Source: Eledone cirrhosa
Taxonomy: Eukaryota
Assembly: GCA_964016885.1 (NCBI GenBank)
Contig: OZ024745.1
Coordinates: forward strand, 61,628,001-61,692,000
DNA length: 64,000 bases
Direction: 5' to 3'
Shown here: piece by piece, positions 40,480 to 50,492 of the stretch
Layout: every line of letters begins with the position of its first letter
How positions within the stretch are numbered: the first letter of the stretch is position 1
The notes under the pieces: model-generated
The model's database searches: none
What the model saw: the letters and a program-made list of their open reading frames with translations, nothing else
What the model was told of the DNA's origin: nothing
Position numbers and translations under genes: made by a program

Positions 40480-43400
40480 ATCAATTGAGAGTTGGCTGTT
40501 TGAACGCGCGTGGCCTGAGCTCAGCTTGGAAGCAAGCAAAGCTTCTAAGTGACCTCAGGTCACAAAGTATAGATGTGATGGTTGTTTGCGAGAGTCGGAT
40601 CAGCAGCGTGAGACAGCTGGCGCCCGCCTTCGATGACTTTGAGATGCACACATCTCTCTGTCAACCCGGAGGCGGGGGGGGAGTTGCCGTACTGCTGGAT
40701 AAACGTCTAACTCTCGACGTACAGATTGTTCACTCGGACCCGGGGGGTCGATTACTGGTGCTGGATGTCGGAGGTGGTGAAGGCGGGGCTTTCAGACTGG
40801 TCGGTCTTTATGCTCCCTTCGGGGCGGAGAGAGCCGACTTCTTCCAACGTCTGGAGACTTTTCTAGGAACGTCGCGTTCCCTGCTTTTAGTGGGGGACTG
40901 GAATGGAATCCTAGATGCGCGTTGGGACTATGCAGGGGCATGTCCCGATAGAGGGGGGTGTAGCAGCCTCAAGGGGTTACTCGATCGATTCGACCTGGTC
41001 GATAGATTTCGACTAGATTGTCCAACTGCGCCAACCTGGACCTGGGCAAACCGCAGTGGACAATCTAGATCGTACCTAGATAGGTTTTTGGTTAGGAGTA
41101 AGGATAGGGACGTATTTAGTTGTCCAGAACTGATCATGGTTGGCTATTCAGATCACAAATTAGTGACCTGCGTGGTCAACCTTGATAGAACGCATAGACA
41201 GGGTCCCGGTTACTGGAAGATGAACTTGTCCTTACCGACAAAGAAAGATTACAGAAACCGGATTAGTAGCTTAGTTAAGATGCGGTTGACGGGAGCGATC
41301 GTCAACAGTAGGTGGTGGATATCTCTAAAGAGAGAGATTAGAGTAAGTTCGATAGGTTACAGTAAGGAACTAGCGGCGAATAGAAATAGGAGGGAAAGGG
41401 AGTTAACAGATAAACTAGAAGAGGCGATTAGGAGCGGAGACGTAGCCAGAGTGTTAGCGACGAGAACGGCATTGAGCCAGTTCTTTGACACGAAGCACGA
41501 AGGCTGCGTTGTCCGAAGTAAAATACGTGCTTTAGGAAACGAGGGGACCAAAGCTGTTAGCTGGGCCCGCGTGACAGAAGCCAAGAGTGGGATTAAATCC
41601 ACCATTCGGTCTTTGCGAGACCAGGATGGACGGGTGATCCTTGAACCTGAGCGAATGTGCGAGACCTTTCAAAGGCACTTTGCTCGACTGTTCGGAGGTG
41701 GCGGGGGGCCGGACGGGGATGTGGACTTCGGTCCATACCTCGACGGTCTACCGCGTCTTTCGAGCGGCGAAGCGGAGTGCTGCGAAGGGCCAATCACAGC
41801 CACTGAAATCGGGGAAGCGCTCAGCCAATGCAGCAGACGCAAATCCCCGGGTCTCGATGGTCTACCATACGAACTTTATTTAGCTATGCCGGTCTTGTTC
41901 TCCGAACTCCTCGAGGCTGTCTATTGCAACTGGCAACAGAACGGGAGAATTCCCTGTTCTGTGACCAAGGGCGTGGTCACGCTAGTGAGGAAGGACGAGA
42001 GCAAGGGGGACGACTTAAGTAACTTTAGGCCCATAACTCTGCTGAATGCAGAGTTACAGATTTTGGCCAAGGTGTTGGCGAAGAGGTTGGCGCTTGTGGT
42101 GGGTGGTTTGGTGGGAGACGCGCAGACATGCGCTATCCCGTCCAGGTCCATTCACGACAACCTCCACCTCATGCGATACATCATAGAGAGGGTTGGCTAC
42201 GAACCCGGCTTTGGTGGGGCCCTGATCAACTTGGATCAATCTAAGGCGTTCGATAGGGTCGACCATGGTTACCTGGATGCGGTGCTAGCGGCGGCGGGCT
42301 TCGGACCCGTTTTCAGGGGCTGGATTTCTGCCATGCACAGTGGCAACATCTACTCTAGGATTAAAGTAAACGGCTACCTCTCGGAGCCGTTTCAAATCAC
42401 CCGATCCATCAGACAGGGGTGCCCCCTCTCCTCCCTTCTGTACGTATTGACTCTCGAGCCACTGCTGCGGAAGTTGGAGTTGCTGCGGGGCATACCCCTG
42501 GAACCGGGATTGCACAAAGCGGTCTCGGCCTATGCCGACGACGTAACAGTAATGGTGGCGGACGCCTCGGAAATCGGGGCGATCGCCACCCTACTGGAGG
42601 AATACGAAAGGCTGACGGGGGCTAAGCTGAACCAGGACAAGTCAGTCGGTTTGCAACTCGGAACGTGGAGGGGCAAACCGATGCCGTTAGACGGTGTCGT
42701 CGGGCGGTGGACGGAGGGCCCGGTGAAGCTGCTCGGGGTCTGGTTCGGACCGGACCTCCAGGTGGAGAAGAATTGGGGCGAGGTGACGAGCAGGGTGTTT
42801 GCGCTGACCCAGAAGTGGGCCAAGTGCAAACTATCACTGAAAGGTCGGGCGGAGGTGACGAACGCTTACATAGCGTCCGTCATCTACTACCGCCTGACCG
42901 TCGTGCCTTGCCCCAAGGAAAAGCTCACCATCATGGAACGCATGCTCTTCCAGTTCCTCTGGAAGAAGCGGCCTCCCATGGTGAGGAGATCCATCTGCTG
43001 CCAGCACCCTTCGAAAGGAGGGCTGGGTATGCCGTGGCTGTTGATGCGTAGGCACGCATTGAGGCTACGGCATCTACAGGTATTCCTCAACGGTCAGCCG
43101 GTGTGGGCCCCGTTTGTGAGGCGAGCCTTCCCACAGCTCGTCTCGCTCACCGAACTGCAATCCTGGGTGAAGCAAAGACCGAGAAAACTGGGCAACTGGC
43201 ACACTGAGTGTGCCCAGGCGCTCACGGCTATCTGGCAAGCGGACCCGACTGTCAGTGGAGAATCCACCTCAACATTCTATAGAGGGTTGGTGGCTAGCAG
43301 GGGCGACGACACCCTTGGAGAGTCGCTAGGCATGGAGGAGGACGAACTGGCCAGCCTGTTCGGTAGAACTTTCGGCCCGGGACCCATGGACAACTTCCAG

Positions 43401-43913
43401 AGGTCCCTAGCCTGGCAGTGTTACCGGGGGGCTCTGCCCGTTCGAGAAAAGCTCTACAGACACGGGCGCCCGGGCAGGGATCCCGCGAAAAAGATCTGTC
43501 CCAGATGCGTGCGCGACGAGGAAACCGTTGCGCATGCACTGGTACACTGCCCGGGCGTTGCCGATCTGTGGGGCTACGTCGAACGACTGCTGTCGCGTGT
43601 GGCGCCGATTCGATTAACCGCCGAGTCTGTGGTGAACATCAAGCCGCCTCCTCCCTTCAGAAATGAAGCAGAGGCGGTCTTTCTGTGCGTAATAGCCATG
43701 ATGAAAGAGGTTGTGTGGTGGACGCGCCTGAAAGGTCTGAGGTCGGGTGACTTTCTCTCCGGCCATCACCTGGTTTACTTCTTCCGATACCACTTCGGAA
43801 GAAGAATCAGGATGGAGAGAGAAGTGCTTGGTCCCAGACAGTTTTATGAAAGGTGGGTGAAAGAAGCGAGAATGGCCCGTGTAAATGGGCCTTCTCTCTA
43901 CATTGTTCTGTAG
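40476..43913 (+). CDS. ORF2: AP endonuclease + reverse transcriptase + C-terminal zinc finger (non-AUG start)
   Basis: CLNARGL, GDWN and SDH (APE); KSPGLDGL, FRPITLLN, DQSKAFD, QGCPLS and YADD (RT); CPRC..EET..HAL..C. Open for more than 1140 codons. Confidence 0.92.
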   Translation: MDQLRVGCLNARGLSSAWKQAKLLSDLRSQSIDVMVVCESRISSVRQLAPAFDDFEMHTSLCQPGGGGGVAVLLDKRLTLDVQIVHSDPGGRLLVLDVGGGEGGAFRLVGLYAPFGAERADFFQRLETFLGTSRSLLLVGDWNGILDARWDYAGACPDRGGCSSLKGLLDRFDLVDRFRLDCPTAPTWTWANRSGQSRSYLDRFLVRSKDRDVFSCPELIMVGYSDHKLVTCVVNLDRTHRQGPGYWKMNLSLPTKKDYRNRISSLVKMRLTGAIVNSRWWISLKREIRVSSIGYSKELAANRNRRERELTDKLEEAIRSGDVARVLATRTALSQFFDTKHEGCVVRSKIRALGNEGTKAVSWARVTEAKSGIKSTIRSLRDQDGRVILEPERMCETFQRHFARLFGGGGGPDGDVDFGPYLDGLPRLSSGEAECCEGPITATEIGEALSQCSRRKSPGLDGLPYELYLAMPVLFSELLEAVYCNWQQNGRIPCSVTKGVVTLVRKDESKGDDLSNFRPITLLNAELQILAKVLAKRLALVVGGLVGDAQTCAIPSRSIHDNLHLMRYIIERVGYEPGFGGALINLDQSKAFDRVDHGYLDAVLAAAGFGPVFRGWISAMHSGNIYSRIKVNGYLSEPFQITRSIRQGCPLSSLLYVLTLEPLLRKLELLRGIPLEPGLHKAVSAYADDVTVMVADASEIGAIATLLEEYERLTGAKLNQDKSVGLQLGTWRGKPMPLDGVVGRWTEGPVKLLGVWFGPDLQVEKNWGEVTSRVFALTQKWAKCKLSLKGRAEVTNAYIASVIYYRLTVVPCPKEKLTIMERMLFQFLWKKRPPMVRRSICCQHPSKGGLGMPWLLMRRHALRLRHLQVFLNGQPVWAPFVRRAFPQLVSLTELQSWVKQRPRKLGNWHTECAQALTAIWQADPTVSGESTSTFYRGLVASRGDDTLGESLGMEEDELASLFGRTFGPGPMDNFQRSLAWQCYRGALPVREKLYRHGRPGRDPAKKICPRCVRDEETVAHALVHCPGVADLWGYVERLLSRVAPIRLTAESVVNIKPPPPFRNEAEAVFLCVIAMMKEVVWWTRLKGLRSGDFLSGHHLVYFFRYHFGRRIRMEREVLGPRQFYERWVKEARMARVNGPSLYIVL

Positions 43914-44144
43914 GTGAAGAAGTGAAGAGGAAAGGGGGAGCGCCTCCTCTCTGGGCTTCCCCCGCGAAAAGAGTTGCACACTTTTCGGGGGTATGTGCAA
44001 TCCCCAACACGCCCCCTCCCTTTTGAGGACTTTTTATTGTTATATTATTATTGTTATTCCTTTTTTCTTTACTCGATTTATGTAAACTCCCCCACTGTGT
44101 AAATGTCCCCTTCTTTTGTGCCCTCGTGGCAAATAAATAGAAAT

Positions 44145-44224
<80 letters not shown>

Positions 44225-44878
44225 CTGCCTCCTTATGTATGTATGCATGTATGTATATATGTCAGGTCACCAGTTGGTGCTACTGGTAACATGTATCCCA
44301 GTACAACCTGTCTCATGGTCGGATCGTTGGCGACTAAACTGGCAACCCCACCAACGTTTCTTGGTGAGGAGGGTGACTTTGGACATCCTGCAGGACTAAA
44401 AACAAAACTTGTCAAAGGGCTAAGGAGCTCTTAAGAATTAATGGCCATCCAAAATCACCGGGAGAGATGACCCCCTTAGCCTTTGTCAAGGCAGAAATCT
44501 AGGAGAAGGAAAACTCTGATATAACACCTGCAATCCTGATGGTATCCAATGATGTTGATTTGTTCTTCATTTTGGTAAATATCATCTTGGTTAAGAGAGT
44601 GGGACTGGCTTTGTGCAGTGCCTTTGCTCACTATAAAAGCTTCACGGCACAGGCATTGCTTTATATCTGGAAATCTCTCTGCACTTGTCGTCACATGGTA
44701 CCATGGGCCCAGCACTATGTGTCAATAATTGTCACAAGTTTGTACCAGAGTTTTCAAGTCGCTGGCTGGACTAAAAAGTCATACTCGTTCAGCGCATCGG
44801 TAGGGGTTCTCCTACATGGATATAAAGTAGTGGCCATACTCGAAAACGAGTTGGCAGCCACCATGTATGTATGCATGC

Positions 44879-44947
<69 letters not shown>

Positions 44948-44948
<1 letters not shown>

Positions 44949-45095
44949 AGGGTGTGTGCAACCCCCATCACGTCCCCTCCCTTTTGAGGTTATTTTCGAT
45001 TATTTTCATGTTATACCCTTTTTACTCGATTGTATGTAAACTCCCCCTTTGTATTTGTCCCTTCTTTTTATGCCTTTATGGTAAATAAAGAAATA
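44948..45095 (+). mobile_element. Heavily 5'-truncated Tx1-like copy (3' UTR only) within (ATCT)n
   Basis: GTGTGCAACCCC..CCCCTCCCTTTTGAGG..TGTAAACTCCCC..AAATAAAGAAAT is homologous to the 3' UTR at 43990-44146. Confidence 0.8.
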
Positions 45096-45192
<97 letters not shown>

Positions 45193-45410
45193 CTGGGATG
45201 GACACACGCGTATAACTTGCTGAGTAAGTTCTGTTTAAATTTCTATAGAAATTCTTGTCTGATAACTTTAATTTTTGTACCATTTTGTAGAGGGACTGCC
45301 AGGTCAAACTTTGATCTGGTCAGTCTCTCAAAATATTCTACGCCTTTAGGCGAAATAGTTAAACAAAAAAAAAAAAGTTTTTTCTTGTTGAAAAGTCAAT
45401 ATTTTTTTAA

Positions 45411-47204
45411 ATGGCCGAAGCTTCTTCACCAAAATTCGAAGGAGGAAAGGGGAAGATGAACTTACAGCTTCCCCCTGCCACTGTCACAGTAGCAGAGGTC
45501 AAGAAGAAAGGTCAGCCAGAGGAAGAATTCTCTCCACCTGTTAACCGACAACTTGACGTTGCCATGGCAACGACCCAAAGAACCAGCAGCAACAGCAACA
45601 ACAACAACAATGCGACGGACGAAAACAACACCAATAACAATAACAATAACAACAACAACAAGACCAATAACGGTGACAACAACAACAATGATAACAACAA
45701 CACCACCAACGACAACAACAACACAAACAAACAAAATTTCTCCTTCGCCGAGACGACAAGGAAAACCCTCGACTATCTGCCAGTAGATATAACAAAAGCG
45801 AAGGAGCTACTGGCGGATGCGAAAAAATATATAGTGTACGGAGAAAATGGTTCATTCACAATCCATTCCCCCCCGGAACTAAAAAGCCAGAGACTCCTAA
45901 ACACGGTCATGTTTAGGACAATCTCGAACAAAAGTAAAAAACCAGCTCAACCATCACAGAGCGAGATAGAGCTGGTTTTAAAAGACGTCATGAAGGACAT
46001 CACCTTCATTCAGAAGGATAGACTCTACGGGAGTCTATCCATTCTCATGAAGGACAGGGACACAGCAGTGAAACTGTCCATCAAACCAATCACATCCACC
46101 GCATACACCTTCTACCCTACGTACATTGGTAGAAGAACACAAAAAATAAAAATCCACACCATCCTGCCGATTATGGACATATGGTGGGTTTTGACAGGTT
46201 TTCTGGACCTGGAGGATGACATGCTGGTGTCCATGGGAAAGGCATCGGGTGACGCGTTCAGTGGAACGAGCCTCGAACTTGTAGTTCAAATGAGGCCTGA
46301 AAGGATCGCCCAGATCCCTGAACGCGTCATACTGGATGATCTAACCTTCATCAACATTACCGTTGAGGGTAGACGGCCCTCGTGTTACCTCTGCGGAACC
46401 AGAGGTCACCTGAGGGCTGTCTGTCCCCAACTTAATAAGAAAACCCCAATCCTGCCTACACCACCAACAACTGCACAACCAACACAATCACCACAACTAC
46501 CACTACAAAAACAACCACCACAGCTCAAACCAAAACAAAACAATGTCCAACCCATCCCCTCCACTCAAAAAACAAAAACAATTTCCAAAACACCCGCACC
46601 GCAAACACAACCCGAAAATATACCCCTCCCCTCCAACGCGGAAGATGACCCTAGTTCGTCGTCAGACGAGGAGGAGCACTTCCACACAATCAAAAGAAAA
46701 AAAAGAAAACACACCTCAGACACACAAATGAAAAAAAACCCTCCCCAAAACATAACACTGACACCAACACAAAAGAGCTCACAACAACAGCAAACAAAAA
46801 ACACCACACAAAAACAAAAACACGCATACACATACATAAACACAAGAAACAAAAAACTGTTAAACATTGTGTACAACAACAATCTAATAAAAACACAAGG
46901 GCCTAACTTCACCCAGGCAGGGGATTTCCCCCACCTCAAAATGATTAAGGCCCCACAGGACACCTATAAAACTTTAAAAAACAATTTTAAAGAGGACGTG
47001 GGTCCCCCCTGCGTCGGGCCCATTAACCGCGTCCTCCTAAAAAACTATCCCACCCCCTCCCCAAACACCCACACAACTCCAAGCTCCCCAACCACACAAC
47101 ACACTGATGCCCCCACACTTCCACAAACCACCACCCCACCCAACAACCCATCCCCCACCCTAATGGAAATTGTGCAGCCCGATACCCGGGACGCAGAGAG
47201 GTAA
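45411..47204 (+). CDS. Family B ORF1 (gag-like, Asn-rich N-terminus)
   Basis: 597-aa ORF with zinc knuckle CYLCGTRGHLRAVC and KRKKRK. Clearly alignable to family A ORF1. Confidence 0.85.
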   Translation: MAEASSPKFEGGKGKMNLQLPPATVTVAEVKKKGQPEEEFSPPVNRQLDVAMATTQRTSSNSNNNNNATDENNTNNNNNNNNNKTNNGDNNNNDNNNTTNDNNNTNKQNFSFAETTRKTLDYLPVDITKAKELLADAKKYIVYGENGSFTIHSPPELKSQRLLNTVMFRTISNKSKKPAQPSQSEIELVLKDVMKDITFIQKDRLYGSLSILMKDRDTAVKLSIKPITSTAYTFYPTYIGRRTQKIKIHTILPIMDIWWVLTGFLDLEDDMLVSMGKASGDAFSGTSLELVVQMRPERIAQIPERVILDDLTFINITVEGRRPSCYLCGTRGHLRAVCPQLNKKTPILPTPPTTAQPTQSPQLPLQKQPPQLKPKQNNVQPIPSTQKTKTISKTPAPQTQPENIPLPSNAEDDPSSSSDEEEHFHTIKRKKRKHTSDTQMKKNPPQNITLTPTQKSSQQQQTKNTTQKQKHAYTYINTRNKKLLNIVYNNNLIKTQGPNFTQAGDFPHLKMIKAPQDTYKTLKNNFKEDVGPPCVGPINRVLLKNYPTPSPNTHTTPSSPTTQHTDAPTLPQTTTPPNNPSPTLMEIVQPDTRDAER

Positions 47205-47228
47205 GTGCCTTTTCTCTTCACCACCAAC

Positions 47229-50200
47229 ATGGCTATGCTAAGAGTAGGCTGTTTAAATGCGCGTGGCCTGGGCTCAACTTGGAAGCAAGCAATGCTTCTA
47301 AATGACCTCAGGTCACAACGTATAGATGTGATGGTTATTTGCGAGGCCCGGATCAGCAACGTGCGACAGCTGGCCCCCACCTTTGATGACTTTGAGATGC
47401 ACGCATCTCTCTGTCAGCCCGGAGGTGGGGGTGGAGTTGTCGTTCTGCTGCAAAAACATCTGGGTCTTGCAACACAGATGGTACATTTGGACCCGGAGGG
47501 TCGACTAGTGGTTCTGGACCTTGGCAGTGGTAAAGGCGGAGCGTTTAGGTTGGTAGCCGCCTACGGCCCTTTCGGGTCAATGCGGCCGGACTTCTTCCAT
47601 CGTCTGGAGACTTTTCTAGGGACGTCCCGCTCCTTGCTATTAGTGGGGGACTGGAATCGTATCCTAGATGCACGCTGGGACTACGTAGGGGCCTGCCCCG
47701 ATAGAGAGGGGTGTAATAGCCTCAAAGGGTTAATCGGTCGATTTGACCTGGCCGATAGATATCGACTAGATTTTCCGACTGCGCCAACCTGGACTTGGGC
47801 AAATCGTAGCGGATCATCTAGATGATCCGCTACGATTCTAACTAAGAACCTATCTAGAACCTATCTTAGTTAGAATTAAGGATAAGGACTTTTTAAGTTG
47901 TCCAAAAATGCGCATGGTTGGCTATTCAGACCACAAATTAGTGACCTGCATGGTCAACCTTGACAGAACTCATAGACAGGGCCCCGGTTACTGGAAGCTC
48001 AACTTGTCCTTGCCGGCAAGTAGAGCCTACAGGAATCGGATTAGTACGTTAGTTAAGGAACGGTTGACTGGAGCGATCGTCAACAGCAGGTGGTGGGTAT
48101 CTCTAAAGAGAGAGATTAGAGTAGTCTCGATAGAATTTAGTAAGGTTCTAGCTGCGGATAGGAATAGGAAGGAAAGGGAGCTAATAGATAGAGTAGAAGA
48201 GGCAATTAGAAGCGGCGACGTGGCCAGAGTGCTAGCGTCGAGAACGGCTTTGAGCCAGTTTTTCGACGCGAAGCACGAAGGCTGCGTTGTCCGAAGTAAA
48301 ATACGTGCTCTAGGGAACGAGGGGACCAAAGCTGTTAGCTGAGCCCGCGTGACAGAGGCCAACAGTGGAACTAAATCCACCATCCGGTCTTTGCGAGACC
48401 TGGATGGACGGGCGATTCTTGAGCCTAAGCAGATGTGTGAGGCCTTTCAAAGGCACTTTGCCCGACTGTTCGGGAGGGGCGGGGAGCCGGTTGGGAACGT
48501 CGACTTCGGTCCATATCTCGACGGCCTGCCGCGCCTCTCGGACAGAGAGGCGAAGTCCTGCGAGGAGCCGATTTCGGCCGCTGAGATAGAGGACGTGCTG
48601 AGCCAATGCGGCAAACGCAAATCCCCGGGTCTCGATGGTCTTCCTTACGAATTATATCTAGCTATGCCGGACTTGTTCCCCGATCTCCTCGAGGCGGTCT
48701 ACTGCAACTGGCGACAGAACGGGAGAATTCCCTGTACTGTGACCAAGGGCGTAGTCACGCTAGTGAGGAAGGACGAGAACAAGGGGGACGAAATAAGTAA
48801 CTTCAGGCCCATAACTCTGCTAAATACAGAGTTACAGATTTTGGCCAAGGTGCTAGCAAAGAGGTTGGCGCTTGTCGTGGGCAACCTGGTGGGAGATGCG
48901 CAGACATGCGCTATCCCGTCCAGGTCCATCCATGACAACCTCCACCTCATGCGATACATCATAGAGAGGGTTGGGAACGAACCCGGCTTTGGTGGGGCTC
49001 TGATCAACTTGGATCAATCTAAGGCGTTCGATAGGGTCGACCATGGTTACCTGGATGCGGTGCTAGCGGCGGCAGGCTTCGGACCCGTTTTCAGGGGCTG
49101 GATCACTGCTATGCACAGCAGCCGCATCTGCTCTAGGGTCAAGGTGAACGGCTACCTCTCGGAGCCGTTCAAAATCGCGCGGTCCATCCGACAAGGGTGC
49201 CCTCTCTCCTCCCTTCTGTATGTGTTGACTCTCGAGCCACTACTGCGGAAGTTGGAGTTGTTGCAGGGCATCCCTTTGGAACCGGGATTGCGGAAAGCGG
49301 TGTCGGCCTACGCCGATGACGTGACAGTAATGGTGTCGACGGCCTCCGAAATCGAGGCGGTCGGCACCTTACTGGAGGAGTACGAAAGGTTCACAGGGGC
49401 TAAGCTGAACCGAGACAAGTCGATCGGTTTGCAACTCGGCACGTGGAGGGGCAGACCGATGCCCTCCGATGGCGTCGTCGGACGCTGGACGGAGGGCCCG
49501 GTGAAGTTGCTCGGGGTATGGTTCGGACCGGACCTCCAGGTGGAGAAAAACTGGGCGGAGGTTACGAACAGGGTGTTTGCACTGACCCAGAAGTGGGCCA
49601 GTTGCAAACTATCCCTGAAAGGTCGGGCGGAGGTGGCGAACACCTACATAGCGTCCGTCATCTACTACCGCCTGACCGTAGTGCCCTGCCCAAGAGAAAC
49701 CCTCACCAAGATGGAGCGCGCGCTCTTCCAATTCCTTTGGAAGAGGCGGGCTCCTATGGTGAGGAGATCCATCTGCTGTCAACACCCTTCGAAAGGAGGG
49801 CTGGGGATGCCGTGGCTAATGATGCGTAAACACGCATTAAGGCTACGGCACCTCTACGTATTCCTCACCGGACAACCGGTGTGGGCCTCGTTTGTGAGAC
49901 GAACCTTTCCCAGGCTCGTCTCACTCACCGAGCTGCAATCCTGGGTCAAGCAAAGACCGAGAAAACTGGGCGCCTGGCACACTGAGTGTGCCCAGGCGCT
50001 CACCGCCCTCTGGCAGGCGGATCCGGTTATCAGTGGAGACTCCACCGCAACATTCTATAGAGGGCTGGTACGCAGCAGGTGCGACGACGCCCTCGGAGAA
50101 GCCCTAGACATGGAGGAGGACGAACTGGCCAGCCTGTTCGGTAGGACATTCAGCCCGGGACCTATGGACAACTTCCAGAAGTCCCTGGCCTGGCAGTGCT

Positions 50201-50492
50201 ACCGAGGAGCTTTACCCGTTCGAGAAAGGCTCTACAGACACGGGCGCCCGGGTAGGGACCCCGCCAAAAAGATCTGTCCCAGATGCGTGTGCGACGAGGA
50301 AACCATTGCACACGCATTGGTACACTGCTCGGGCGTAGCCGATCTGTGGGGCTATGTCGAACAACTGCTGTCAAGGGTGGGACCGATCCGGTTGACCACC
50401 GAGTCTATTGTAATGATCAAGCCGCCTCCCCCCTTCAAAGATGAAGCAGAGGCGGTGTTTCTGTGCGTAATAGCCATGGCGAAAGAGGTTGT
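47229..50492 (+). pseudogene. Family B ORF2 (APE-RT), inactivated
   Basis: ATG at 47229. Fold-back insertion at ~47820, TGG>TGA stop at 48340, C-terminus missing. Confidence 0.88.

Larger units (their letters stand above)
38441..44147 (+). mobile_element. Full-length L1/Tx1-clade non-LTR retrotransposon, family A copy 1
   Basis: 5' UTR, ORF1, ORF2 and a 3' UTR with AATAAA, ending directly in (ATCT)n. Confidence 0.92.
45193..50492 (+). mobile_element. Tx1-like family B copy, 3'-truncated
   Basis: Follows (ATCT)n. ORF1 and ORF2 are homologous to but diverged from family A. Ends at AKEVV, where family A sequence begins. Confidence 0.9.
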
